DNA of 64,000 nt from Sminthopsis crassicaudata (GCF_048593235.1 NC_133618.1:657398361-657462360), one strand, 5' to 3'. Shown: positions 24,398 through 35,860, counted from the first letter of the stretch. Notes: generated by a model from the sequence alone, not told the origin. Translations and numbers: made by a program.

Positions 24398-24530
24398 ATG
24401 GAATCCAATAAAGATGAAGCCGAGCGCTGTATCACCATCGCCCTCAGCGCCATCAAGAGCCGCCAACCCGAGCGGGCACTGCGCTTCCTGGAGAAGGCAC
24501 AGAGGCTTTACCCGACTCCAAGGGTGCGCG
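24398..24530 (+). CDS. DNAJB12: DNAJB12 exon 1 CDS (MESNKDEAERCITIALSAIKSRQPERALRFLEKAQRLYPTPRVR)
   Basis: Kozak context ccgccATGG; recognisable DNAJB12/14 N-terminus; GTGAGT donor at 24531; 133 nt. Confidence 0.96.
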
Positions 24531-24710
24531 GTGAGTGTGCGGCGGCGCCGACGGGCAGGACAGGCGATCAGGGGCCAGGGCACGGCGGAGAGGGGATGAG
24601 GGACGCGAAGAAAAGGGAACGGACCTAAAGAAACGGCTGAAGGAGCTGGGGGAGGGGGGTCAGGGACAGCAAGGCCCGGCCGCGCCTGCGCACTAGCGCG
24701 CGCAGGAGGC

Positions 24711-24933
24711 TTCTGGGAACCGTAGTCCGTCGACTCAGCTACTTTGGCACCTGTTACGGTTGGGAAACTGAGACGGGGGGGGGGGGGGGGGCGGGGAAGG
24801 GTCCGCCGCGGAACTGGGCGCGCGGGGCATCTCGGAACGTGAAGTTCCCGCGGAGTGAGGCTGCTCTCTCCCTGGCGTTTCATGGGGTGAAGGGGCGGGT
24901 CAGTAAGGCATAACTGAACTACGTTTCCCAGAG
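24711..24933. promoter_or_regulatory. Two ZNF143/THAP11-type SBS motifs (GGACTACGGTTCCCAGAA, - strand 24711-24728; GAACTACGTTTCCCAGAG, + strand 24916-24933)
   Basis: Both match the RRACTACRnnTCCCA consensus. Confidence 0.7.
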
Positions 24934-26197
24934 GGCGTCGCGGCGAGGGGGTGCCTATGACTGACGGGAGAGGGATTAATTACAGTCCTGGCACAGAGAG
25001 ATAAACCCACTTCTTTAGGGGTGGGAGGAGTCGGCCCGGCCTCGGGAAGGGCGCACCTCCCCAATCCCCCCCAACCCAGCCCCCCAGACTCTGCAGACAT
25101 CTGCGGGCAAGCCCAAGGCCGAGTGCCCAGGCCTTCTTGCTCGTGCACCCCTTCCTTGGGGCTTCCCCGGTTATCCTGCCCGGGTCTTGTTAGTGGTCAG
25201 CTGTTCACCTACTGTCTCTTCCCCTTCTTCCTTCCGTATGACTGTGAGCGCCCTGAGAACAAGGGCGACCTTTGCTTTTCTCTGTATCCTCAAGAATTCG
25301 CACTTGTCACATAGTAGGTGCTTAATAAATGCTCATGGACTGACTGTGTGACCCACCAAACCAACCCTTTTCATCCCTGAGTTCTGACTCACCGGTGTAA
25401 GGGCAGCAGTCAGGGAAGAAGAGGGGGGAGGGGGAGGGGAGAGTTCCCTTCAGGAGGAGCTGGCCTCTAGAAACGGACAGCAGAGAAGGCCCTCACCTTT
25501 TCAGCCAAACTTTCCAGTGCCAAGGAAATGTAAAAGTCCTACAGGAGAACACCTGCACGGAGCACATTCTCGGGGGTTTATGGGAGGACGTGCCCCAGCA
25601 GTCCGGGGGTGGGATGGGTGTGTTGGGCCGCTGTCCGCCCCTGGTGGATCCATCCCTGGTGGGAGCCTCCCATGGGAGGGTTTGACCCGGGGCCTCTCCC
25701 CTCACCCCCGAGCAGCCTCCCACGAGTTGTCTTGGGAGTCCGCCCCAGGCCAGTCTGCTGAAATCCAGCTCCCTGCGAAATGGGTCCAGAGCGGGGCCTG
25801 AAGGCATTGCTCACAGCGGAGAGGCTGGACCAGATTAAATGTAGGCTGGAAATATTTACAAACTAAAACAGTGGAACACGGATACTATGTGGATTTCTGA
25901 GCACTATGCGGTGGTAAGGATCCTTCTGTATGGCTCAGTAGTCCTCACTGAGCTGTGACGCTGCTGTTACCCGCCCGCCTGCGCCAGCGACCAGAGAGAA
26001 CGACGGAGACCCAGAGAAGTCTCTTTGGAACCTCAGCCTCTTGAGAAGCCGCCTCAGGGACCAGCTCTGTCCTCGGGCCGTGTGCTCCCCCCCTCCCGTC
26101 AGTAAAAGTTGTCCCTCAGACTGTCGGGGCCGCCTCACTACCATGAAGCAGGTTTGAATTGGCTCACGCCGAGAGAGACGGTGATCGAAGCCTGCTC

Positions 26198-26876
26198 TGT
26201 AACTCGCAATCTCGCCCACCTACGGCTTCTCACCCAGTTGGCAAGAGTGTATAGGACTAGTCTTGACCCGTGGAAGAAGATTCTTGAACAGAGAAAGCTG
26301 GAGTTATGAAATAGAGCACATTTGAATACCTTAGAAACTTTATGGAGAAAAGCATATTCTTTTCAGAAACCTATGGAGTATTAATCCAGGCAGGTGTTTT
26401 TGTTTTTACAGTTTATAGTGCAGAGAGAAAGAGACGAGGTCTATGGGGAAGATTCAGGACTTTTTTCAAGCATTTGTGATTGGGTCTCACAGCTGACATC
26501 CCAAGCAGGAACTCAGATTTTATGGAGGATGCAGGAGACAATTTTCCTACACGGCTGGAGGCTTTGGATTCAGAGGGAGCTGGAGACATTCTGACAGGAA
26601 AAGATTCAAGACTTTGAAGGACACAATGCAGAACTAGAGACAAGGCTGCCTCCCCAGAGGCTCCCCAAGAGCTCTCCCAGAGAACGATCGCAAACTAGAG
26701 ACAACAGAACATCACCGTGTCCTACACCAGACCCAGAAAAAGGGTAGGACGAGGATCCCAGACCGCTAAGTGGCAGCTGTCTCAAGTAGACACAGACTAT
26801 TGAAATAAAGGGGAGGCTTTTTGGACCACGGAAACCTATCCCCCAACTCTTAGGATTCTGTGGTTCTGCTGCCACA
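26198..26876 (+). mobile_element. Possible LTR-like insertion in DNAJB12 intron 1
   Basis: TG..CA candidate ends, internal repeat aactagagacaa (26632, 26693) and AATAAA at 26804-26809, ~70 nt from the end. No TSD found. Confidence 0.35.
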
Positions 26877-29800
26877 AGATCACAAGAAACCTACATTAAA
26901 TATTTCCTTCACCCCCTGTGAAAGCAAGAAGTGTGCTTTCCCCAAATGTTGGCGTCTCTCTAGGGCCAAGGACCCAGTGCAATCCTCGCCTTCAGGAACC
27001 CGATGCATCCCTGGCTTTGGCTGTGGGTGTCTTCAGTGTAGGAAGTGAGTCAGGGAGTGCTCTGCATGAAGGCTCCTAACAGATGCCGTGAGCTCAGAAA
27101 CAGCTCTAGCATCCCGGATACAAACTCTTCTTGTGTAATATTGCCTTATCACCTGGTCCCTAAAAATACAGACTCATGAGAACATTGGCCCAAAATATTT
27201 CCAGACAAATTGAGGGTTGGAGACAGAAGAAAGATTCCGGTTTACCAATCAATCAACAAGTGTCGGGACCAGACTGTGATAAGTGCTGGGGGTACAAAGG
27301 CACTGGCCTCAAGCAGGTCATATTTGAATAGAGAAGCACCCAGTAGAATTGGCTTGGAATTAAGAAATCTGAGCTTGATTTCCAGCTGTGTTATGATCTA
27401 AGCTGTGACAGGGAACAGCCTTATTTCCGCACAATTTCTGCTTTTGTTACCCAGGGAAAATGGCTGAAGCCTGCAAGGGTGCTAACGTACTTCAGCATTC
27501 TGTGTAATGTTGTCTGTCTATTGGCGGGAGCCTTGCTGAGTCAACGCACATACCCAGGGTCATTAAGAACTTCTTGTAAAGTCTCAAGGCAGGTTGTCAT
27601 CCTCATATCTCTGTCCTTGGAATGAAGAAGCTTCTATCACAAATAGTTGGAACTGTGGCCCTAACTTAGAGGTTACAAGTGAGAGAAAGTAGCGAGCCAA
27701 GTCTTTTAATTCGTCTTTTCCCCAGATGGAAGGACCCCCCCACTTAACTGCCCAAACCTTGTTCAGTGACTTCCATTTTCACCTCTCCCTTCTGAGGTAG
27801 ACTCCCCGTCAGCTTAGCTCAAATCTCCTTCTGCTCAGTGGGTCGTGTTTACTGAGACTCAGTCAGCAACTGCCTCCTAGAGGAATGATATACTTGAGAT
27901 GAAGAGCTCCACTCAACAAGTCCCAGTTCAGCTCTCAGAGCTGTAAGTGGTAGAATACACTCAGAAAGTTCCCATTTTCTAGCCCAGAGGTGTTCTGGGT
28001 TCCAAAAGACAAAAGGACAAAAAATGGTCCTTGGAAGCAAAGAGGAGGGAGAAGAGGATAGGATAGACATGTGGATAAGCTAAGACAAGATAATTTGATA
28101 AGGGAAAGAGCTCTAAAAAGTCAGATAAAGACTGGAAACAAAGTAAAAGATGGCACTGGAATTGAATTCTAACAGGCAGAAATCAATGGTGTGTTCTAAG
28201 CACAAAAGAGGAACCAAAAAAAAAGAACAATTCAGGAAGCAGCTAACAGTCTGGTCTGGAGCCCCAGCATGAAACACCCTTTTCTGCCATTGTGGTCCCA
28301 CTGGGCTTTGCTGTCTGCTGGGTACTTTCTGCTCTAGTGCCCTCTGCTCCTTCCCCTGCCCAGCTGACCAAAGTTGGCTTAGGCAGTGAAGCCCAGCAGA
28401 GCCGGAGACCCTGGAGCTGGATGCACATCTAGCTCTGCCTCTTAGAATCTGAAGCATCACTCCACTCCCCACTCTCCTCATCTGTCGAGCAACAGGACTC
28501 TTATGTGCCCTTCAAGTCCCAAATCCCAAGCTCCCCTTGTCCGCCATCCAGATTAGCTACAGGGCCCTCTGACCCCTCGGCATGGACGAAGTGTTGCAGC
28601 TCTTTCAGCTCTTTCTTACAAAGCTTTCAACAACAGAAGCACTAGGCAGTGCCAAGCTTAGGGCCTGGGTCCCTCGTCTTCCCCTTAGACTGCTGTGTGT
28701 TCCCACAGACTGCCAGGCCTCCTGTGAGCAGGGCAATAGCCCCTTCCCTCCTTTATACACCCTCTTTTCTGCACTCCCTCCTCAAGCACCAGAGCCAGCA
28801 GCGTATTCAATCTAGAAAATCCTTGGCATCGAAGAGCCAGCTCTAAGATGCCAGATCAACTTTTCACTGTTTTTTTCTCTTCCAGTCCTCTCACCAACAA
28901 ACCCAATTGCCCACCCCCCATCCCTTCCTACCTCTAAAAGCCTGTACTGTTTCTCATCTTCAGCTCATGACTAGGATCAAAGTGACTTAAGAGTTTGAAA
29001 CAAAAGAGATAACTTCTGTAAAGAAATCTAAGTGAAACATCAGTTTACTGATTTCCCTGAACCATATTCAGTCAAAAAAGAAGTCAAAAGAATAGAAAAA
29101 ATGAGAAGTACAAAAACAACAAAACAAAACAAAACAAAAAATTCCACCAAGTTTAAAGGAAAAGAAACAGAGACCAGAAAGTTGGAGAACAAGTAGCTTT
29201 CTGGGAATTTTAATTGAAATAACAATATCAGTTTACAAATTGGGTATAGTTGAATCCTTTGGTACCAACTATTTTGGTACATCCCTTTCATCCATTTTGG
29301 TAGGATAAAAAAGGCAGAAATTTATTGATATCATTTAAGTACCTTCTATTTGTTACATTTCAATTAAAAATTGATTTTTTGACTGTAAAAGGCCTGAAAA
29401 GAAAATAAATTTTTTACTCCATTGTACCTTTTTTTCCCTTTTCTTTTGCTACAAATGGAAAAGAAGCAGAGTCCAAAACAGAGAACAGTGAAAGTTGAAA
29501 AATCCATGAAAGTCCCCCTTGTTCCTTGTGGCCACTGCCTATTCAGAAAGTTGTTATATGGTGTTTCTGACTTTTCAGATTATTGTAATAACAAAAATAT
29601 ATCTGTAAGGACTTTGAACTAAGATTGTGCTGGAAATCCTAGAGGCCACAGTGAAATTGTTTGGTGCTTGGGATTGGCCAAACTGGAGTCAAATGATTGG
29701 TCTATTGGCAACATGTCTGAAGAAGAAAAGGTTCCAGGTTTTAGAAGGCATAAGAAAGAAGCCTCACTTGACTTTGGGGGTTGAGAAGTAATTTTAAGAA

Positions 29801-30151
29801 TAATAGTAACCTTTCAATCATTTCTATAACTGGTCCAGGTAGAGTGGAATTCAGTTATGACAGTGGGATTGCATTGTGATTGAGAGCATCTCAGTTCCTA
29901 AAAGAGAGCGACTAGCCGCCGTACACACTGAGCCACCACCACGGGGCAGGTGTGAAGCACGAGGCAGCTTCTACTCTTCCTGACTCGGCTTTGGGAGTGG
30001 AGGGGAGCCAGGCCTGCAGGAGTGAGGCCCTGGACCTTCTCAGTGTTGCCCTCTTACTCACTGGCCCTCGTGCCCGGGAACAAAGAGCAAGTTTTAGGTC
30101 GCAAGAGTTTCTTAAAATCTTGACACTTTTTTCTTTCTCTACTTTGCTCAG

Positions 30152-30326
30152 CATTGATTGAATCTCTCACCCAGAATGGACAGACCTCTCATGGCCAGGC
30201 CAGGCCAAAAGACACATCCAGTTCTCACCGGAAAACAGGTGGGGGAGAAACTCCTTCTGCCAATGGTGAGGCTGGTGGAGAGGGCACGAAAGGCTACACA
30301 CAGGACCAAGTGGAAGCTGTGAAAAG
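30152..30326 (+). CDS. DNAJB12: DNAJB12 exon 2 (ALIESLTQNG...SANGEAGGEGTKGYTQDQVEAVKR)
   Basis: Pyrimidine tract plus CAG at 30149-30151; GT at 30327; 175 nt, frame consistent. Confidence 0.95.
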
Positions 30327-31589
30327 GTGGGGAGCGTGGCTGGGTAGTCCAGTGGACTTAGTAATGCCTTTCACGTTTGTGAAGGAGACCTCTTGCATTG
30401 CTTCCTGGCTGGAAGCCTCAGTAACTAATGTGCACTTGGGTATGGAGAATGAGCCCCTGTAAAACAGTTACAGTATCCCATGACCATATGTACCAAGAAC
30501 CTCCAGTAGCTCCATGGAAGGTGGATGAAAAAACCTAAGACTGTCCCAGAGCACAGCCCAATCCAAATGAGCCCCTGATGGGAGGTCACCCATCACAGAC
30601 ATTGACTAAATCCCCTCGACAACCCCCTCCCAACGTCCCCATGCTGGGCCAGTCCTGGACCCATTCGGACATCTCTATCAGAACTGAAAGGGGCTGAATC
30701 TTCCCACTCTTTCTCTTCTTTCCCCCACTCCAACTTTCCTGCCTTCTTGCTCTTCCCCCTCCAAAAACTAGGGCGGGCAGGAGCTGGTGTAAGTCCTCTG
30801 GTGTTAGGTCAGTGGTAGAACTGGGAGGCAGTGAGGGGGCAGAGGCCGGAGGATGGCAGCGGAAGGCCCGAGTTCAGGTCCTAGTCCTTTGGGCAGATTC
30901 TGTGACCTCTGTCAAAGGAAGCCAATGACACTGTGTGCTTTACTCCCTGGGATTATTGTGAGGATTAAGGGAGATGGCAGAAATGAAACGCTCTGTTTTC
31001 TGTGAAGGGAGGATTCTGTGAATGTGAGATTTCCTGTTCCATGGAGTGTAAAACAGAATAGGGCTTGCAAGGCCCCCTTCATTGCCACCTCAGCACTATT
31101 AAGTGATGGCGGGGAGAGGCCATGCTCTAGCGGTCTTTATTCTCCTCCTAGTTACCCCCAGGCAACCTCCTCACATTCACCTAGATTCCCTCCTCTACCC
31201 CAGATGCTGAGGACAGTGCAGCGCTAGCAGAAGCCTAGGCCAGAAATCAGCCAGTGTTAAAGTTCTCTCCCAAATAAAGATTTCTACACAAACCTCCTTT
31301 TAAACCCTGAGTCTGGAGCTCTGCTCTAAGCCCTGGGCCTGTGCTTTACCCTGACTGAGGGCACTGGGATTTCAGAGTTTTCAGGTGAATGTGGTGGAGG
31401 AAGGGGGGGGGGGGGGGTCTTTACAATTCCACCAGCTCCTTTGACCTTTACCCCGATGTGATTTCTCCTCGTGGGAAGGAATCTGTCACAGCCACGGAGC
31501 TGGGGTGGGGTGGGCCTCGGACCCTTAGGGAGGCCCCGCCACCAGGATACAGTGTGTGATCTCACCCCCGCCTCCCTCCTCTTCTCCAG

Positions 31590-31735
31590 GGTGAAGCAGT
31601 GCAAAGACTACTATGAGATCCTGGGGGTGAGCAGGGAAGCCTCGGAAGAAGACCTGAAGAAGGCCTACCGAAAGCTGGCACTCAAGTTTCACCCGGACAA
31701 GAACCACGCCCCTGGTGCCACGGAAGCTTTTAAAG
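31590..31735 (+). CDS. DNAJB12: DNAJB12 exon 3 (J-domain with HPD: [48 protein letters not shown])
   Basis: cttctccAG acceptor, GTGAG donor at 31736, HPD motif; 146 nt. Confidence 0.97.
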
Positions 31736-32236
31736 GTGAGGGCCCGGCGCCCCCAGCTCGCATACTCAAGTCCACGTCTTTAGGAGGGACACACTTCCTG
31801 CCCTGCCTCCCAGAGTCGAGACCCCTGACAGGCATTTTCTGATCCCCCGTCTGAGGGGTGGGTGCACAAGCACAGACCCCCGGGTGTGTCAGGGAGGGTT
31901 TTTCCCCAGTTGAGAGGAGCATGGAGAGCTTCCCAGAGGAGGTGACATTTGAGTTGGGTTTCACTGGACATTCCAGCCATTGGAAAGGCACAAGTTGTGG
32001 GCATTTAGCAAGTGGAGCAAAGAGCATCAGAAGGAGAGGCCCAAGGTGCCCCGGGGCAGGCAGCGGCCCGGGTCGTTGAGGGCCTTGGGTCGGGCCAGAG
32101 AGTCCAGCTTTGCTCACCGGCGAGATTCTGAGAAGAGTTAAACATGGGAGACGGCAAGGAAGGATCCAGGGTGAGACCAAAGTGTGGGGGGAGATGGCGC
32201 CTCTGAGTCACTTTTAGGCACCTAGAAGGTCCAGAT

Positions 32237-32404
32237 TAGGATTCCTTAACCTGGGAAGTGGTCTGGTTTGTTAAGCAGTCTGACATTACTTATTTCAACA
32301 GAATTAGTTTCCTTGGTAATCTGACTTTATTTGACGCATCGTGGTTGAGAGGAGGGATTCGTAGGCCCCAGCAGAGTGCCCAGAAGGTCTGTTAGGAACC
32401 CCTG
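32237..32404. mobile_element. Second copy of the hAT/Charlie-like MITE (DNAJB12 intron 3)
   Basis: TIR-like taggattccttaac ... ttaggaacccctg; internal similarity to 9548-9748. Confidence 0.6.
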
Positions 32405-33658
32405 GGCTGGGGCCCAGAGAGCCAAGACATAGAGGGGCAGAATCCAGACAACAAAGGGTCAAGCAGAGGCGCCAGCAAGGAAGGGTGCTTCAGGGGGAGC
32501 CGCTGAGGGACCGGCCGAAGCACCCAACGGTGGCCCCTTCCGAGGGGACCTGGCCCCGGGCCCGCAGCAGCCCGAGGCTGCGAGAGGCAGATTCCCTAGC
32601 GGGGAGAGGTCCAACAAGTGGACGTGGCCAGCTCATTCACATCCGTGTGCCCCGGGCAGCTCTCCAGGGCTCCGAGTGGCAGAAGCGGGCCAGCCAGCAC
32701 TGATGGCATCACCGCTCTACACCATTTTACTTGCATAATAATCACAGGGAGGAAGGGCGATCCCTGGCCACCCCTTCATGGTCCCCAGTCTGTCTCTCCT
32801 GGCCTGAGAGGGCCGTCAGGCCTCCCCCTCTCCTCCAGGGCAGACGTGGCCCCCCCAGTGTTCCCTCTAATCTGCAGCAGTCCTTTGCACTGAAGGCTTA
32901 GGGGCAGGAACAGGGCCAGGGCAAGGGCCTCTTAGTGACTCCCCAGCTTGTGGAGCCACTGCTCACCACTCGGACAGCGTCCACTGTCCACAGTGTCCCC
33001 AAGTCCCCGAGGAGGGGGAGCCTGCCAGCCAAGGCCCCCACTCACTTATGTTTCTCCATCATTGCGGTCTTTCCTGGGTATCTGAGCAGCCATCTTCTCA
33101 GGCCAGGTTGGTCATCTGGGCCTTGTGGCCATTTCTCCAGTGACCACAGCCCTTCTGGCCCCCCAGAGGTAGCACCCACTGCCCGCTGAGCAGAAACAAC
33201 AGTAAGGGAAGGACAGAGAAGCTCGGGACAGACTGGGTTCAGAGACTTTCCCTTGATCAGTTAGGTGGACGCCTTGCCTTAGAAATGCCCAGACGGAGGC
33301 ACAGGAGGATGCAGGGATCGTGGCTGGAGCCGCTGCCCGAGCGGTCCTGAGCCTGGGCCTGGGGCTTTCTGTTTTCAGGGGCTCAGCGTTCCTTCCCAGA
33401 CGTGCCCTCCCATGGCAGCTGGTGCTTCTCACGGCTTATTGGGTGGCATTGAGAGCTTTGGGAAGCCCCGCTGTGATCTTGGGGTCCTCGGCCTGTCACC
33501 AGAGGCGCAAACACCCAAGCCAGGGTCCCAGGCAGCCTTGCCTCCCCGCCCCCCCAGCCTTCTCGAGGCCTCTTCCTCCGTCCCCTCTGTTTCTCCTCCG
33601 GGACTAACCTCAGGGCTGCCGGCCTCGAAGCAGGCCTGACATCTCCGCTCCTTTGTAG

Positions 33659-33844
33659 CCATCGGGACGGCCTACGCCGTGCTGAGCAACTCTGAGAAGA
33701 GGCGGCAGTATGATCAGTTTGGAGATGAGAAGGGCCAGACCGCGCGCCAGGGCCAGGGCCACGGGGACTTCCACCGGGGCTTCGAAGCCGACATCTCCCC
33801 TGAAGACCTCTTCAACATGTTCTTTGGTGGCGGCTTTCCTTCCA
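33659..33844 (+). CDS. DNAJB12: DNAJB12 exon 4 (end of J-domain and G/F region: [22 protein letters not shown]...[18 protein letters not shown])
   Basis: ctttgtAG acceptor, GTAAGT donor at 33845; 186 nt. Confidence 0.96.
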
Positions 33845-33986
33845 GTAAGTAACCTCCTCCCTGTGCTCCCCCTCCCCCTCTCTGTGCTCCCACTCCTGCT
33901 GCCTCCATCTGTGCTTCCCCCTCTCTTTGCTCCCACACACACCCTTGTACCGAGGGGGGCCTGACCCATCTCCCTCTGGCCCCCAG

Positions 33987-34066
33987 GTAACATCCACGTC
34001 TACAGCAACGGCCGCATGCGGTACACCTACCACCAGAGGCCTGACCGCCGCGAGAACCAGGGGGAT
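33987..34066 (+). CDS. DNAJB12: DNAJB12 exon 5 (SNIHVYSNGRMRYTYHQRPDRRENQGD)
   Basis: cccccAG acceptor, GTGAGT donor at 34067; 80 nt. Confidence 0.95.
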
Positions 34067-34463
34067 GTGAGTGAAGGCTGGCCTGGGGTGGGGGCAGAGG
34101 CAGAGAGGCCGGGCCCACACCCACCAGCTGGCCTTCCCCCTGCTGCTGCTGGCACTACCAAGGCTTGAACACTGGAGGGAGACACACTCCACTCCACTGG
34201 CCGCCTCTCCCCAGGCAGCTCCGAGTCTGAGCCAGTTTTAGGCCCCTGCTCCAGAGGGGGCCAGACTCAGGCCCCTCCCCCCCATCAGTCAGCAAGCATG
34301 TATGAAGCACCTACTAAGTGTGGCTCCAGAAGCAAGGGGCTGGTGTTTGCATCCTGGCCACTGCCAGAAACCCCACAGGGGATGGCTCTTAGGAAATGGG
34401 GGGAGGGGGTTTCAGTTAATTTCTCACTTGGCTTCAGACTGACTGTGCATCTCCTCCTCCAAG

Positions 34464-34573
34464 GGTGGCCTAGGGCTGTTTGTCCAGCTGATGCCCATCC
34501 TCATCCTGATCATCGTGTCAGCCCTCAGCCAGATGATGGTCTCCAGCCCGCCATACAGCCTCAGCCAAAGACC
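34464..34573 (+). CDS. DNAJB12: DNAJB12 exon 6 (transmembrane segment [37 protein letters not shown])
   Basis: ctcctcctccaAG acceptor, GTGAGG donor at 34574; hydrophobic helix; 110 nt. Confidence 0.95.
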
Positions 34574-35022
34574 GTGAGGGCCACAGATCCGGGGAGGCGG
34601 GAGGGGGAGGTCTCTGGCGGGCCGGCCCATCCTCTCTCCAAGTCAGCAGCTCCCTTTCCTCCCGACACTCTCCCCCAGTTAGCACCTCACCTGCTCCCAG
34701 CCCAGAACAGGCTCTGGGCAATTGATCTAAACATCAGGACCCTCAGCTTTTTCTCTAGGCTCCCTCCTCCAGGGGAGGGGCTCTCTTGGTTTTCCGGGGG
34801 GGGGGGGGGGGGCCTCTTCTGCTTCCAAGAGTCTTCATTTCTCAGTGAACTTGCCTGGCCACAATGGCAGCAGTGCCAGGACTAGAGTCAAGTCTCCCAG
34901 CTTCTCCTCCCCAAATTCCCCACAGAGAAGGAGCATCCCCAGGCCCCGGCAACTCGGGAGGTGGAGAGAGCGTCCCCGAAGCGGCCCTGGCTCACGCTAC
35001 GCCCCGTCTGTCTCCGCTGCAG

Positions 35023-35195
35023 GTCAGTGGGGCACATCCACAGGCGGCTGACTGAGCACCTCAAAGTGCCCTACTTTGTGTCAGACACCTTCGGGGAGGA
35101 GTTCACCGGCTCCAGCTTAAAGACGGTGGAGCGAAATGTAGAAGATGATTATGTAGCCAACCTCCGGAATAACTGTTGGAAAGAGAAGCAGCAGA
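35023..35195 (+). CDS. DNAJB12: DNAJB12 exon 7 (luminal DUF1977 region SVGHIHRRLTEHLKVPYFVSDTFGEEFTGSSLKTVERNVEDDYVANLRNNCWKEKQQ)
   Basis: ctgcAG acceptor, GTGAGT donor at 35196; 173 nt. Confidence 0.96.
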
Positions 35196-35738
35196 GTGAG
35201 TGGGACCCCTGCCCGGGCTCTGCCCTTTGGTGGCTTTGTCCCACTTCCCTCCGAATCCCTGCCTGTGGCCTGTCATTTTAGAGGTAGAGTGTGCAGAGCC
35301 AGGGATGGGGATCCCAGGGTAGGACATAGCAGGTTGGGGGGGCTGTGAATGCTTTCATCTTCTAATGCTTTAAAGTTGGGGTGTTCCTGTCTCCCCCTCA
35401 CGCTGGAGCTCTCAGATCCCTCAATGACCCTTACAGTGCATCTCAGCTGCAGGGAAGGTCTCCCCTCTTGCCAGCCTCCAAGTGACCTTACATCTGAGCC
35501 ATGGGGTGCCTGCCCTTACTCCTTCAGGGCTCTCCCCTGGGCTCCGGCCTCCCCCCAGGCTGGCCTGAGAAGCCACATCCCTCCTGACCCTGTAGAGCTT
35601 ATGCCCTGTGAGCCTGATTGATGCTGGTCTTTTCCACTCTTCCCTCCCCCCCGGCCCTCCAGATTCCAGGCCTAGGAAGAGAATGTCTCACTGCACATTG
35701 GACACTGGGGGTCCCCTGACATCTGTTCTCTTTTGCAG

Positions 35739-35860
35739 AAGAAAGTTTACTATATCGGGCCCGTTACTTCGGAGATACGAGTCTCTACCACAAAGCCCAG
35801 AGGATGGGGACCCCAAGCTGTAGCAGATTGTCAGAGGTGCAGGCCTCTCTGCATGGATAG
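35739..35860 (+). CDS. DNAJB12: DNAJB12 exon 8 CDS (KESLLYRARYFGDTSLYHKAQRMGTPSCSRLSEVQASLHG*); total CDS 1125 nt = 374 aa
   Basis: ttttgcAG acceptor; TAG at 35858-35860; the exon lengths sum to an intact frame. The exon probably extends to the donor CAA|GTATGA at 35890/35891. Confidence 0.95.

Larger units (their letters stand above)
23300..25200 (+). promoter_or_regulatory. DNAJB12 CpG-island promoter spanning exon 1
   Basis: Very high GC and CpG density, GC boxes, CRE TGACGTCA at 24278-24285, and two ACTAC..TCCCA motifs in intron 1. Confidence 0.92.

Noticed and set aside
23450-25150. Many 100-190-aa ORFs around the DNAJB12 promoter
   Set aside because: GC-rich shadow ORFs; only 24398-24530 matches a known protein and has a splice donor.
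28980-29800. AT-rich block in GC-rich intron 1 as a possible retrocopy
   Set aside because: No recognisable peptide, poly(A) tail or TSD.
30154-30462. ORF-track protein starting MIESLTQ
   Set aside because: It begins at a TTG inside DNAJB12 exon 2 and runs into the intron; it is not an independent gene.
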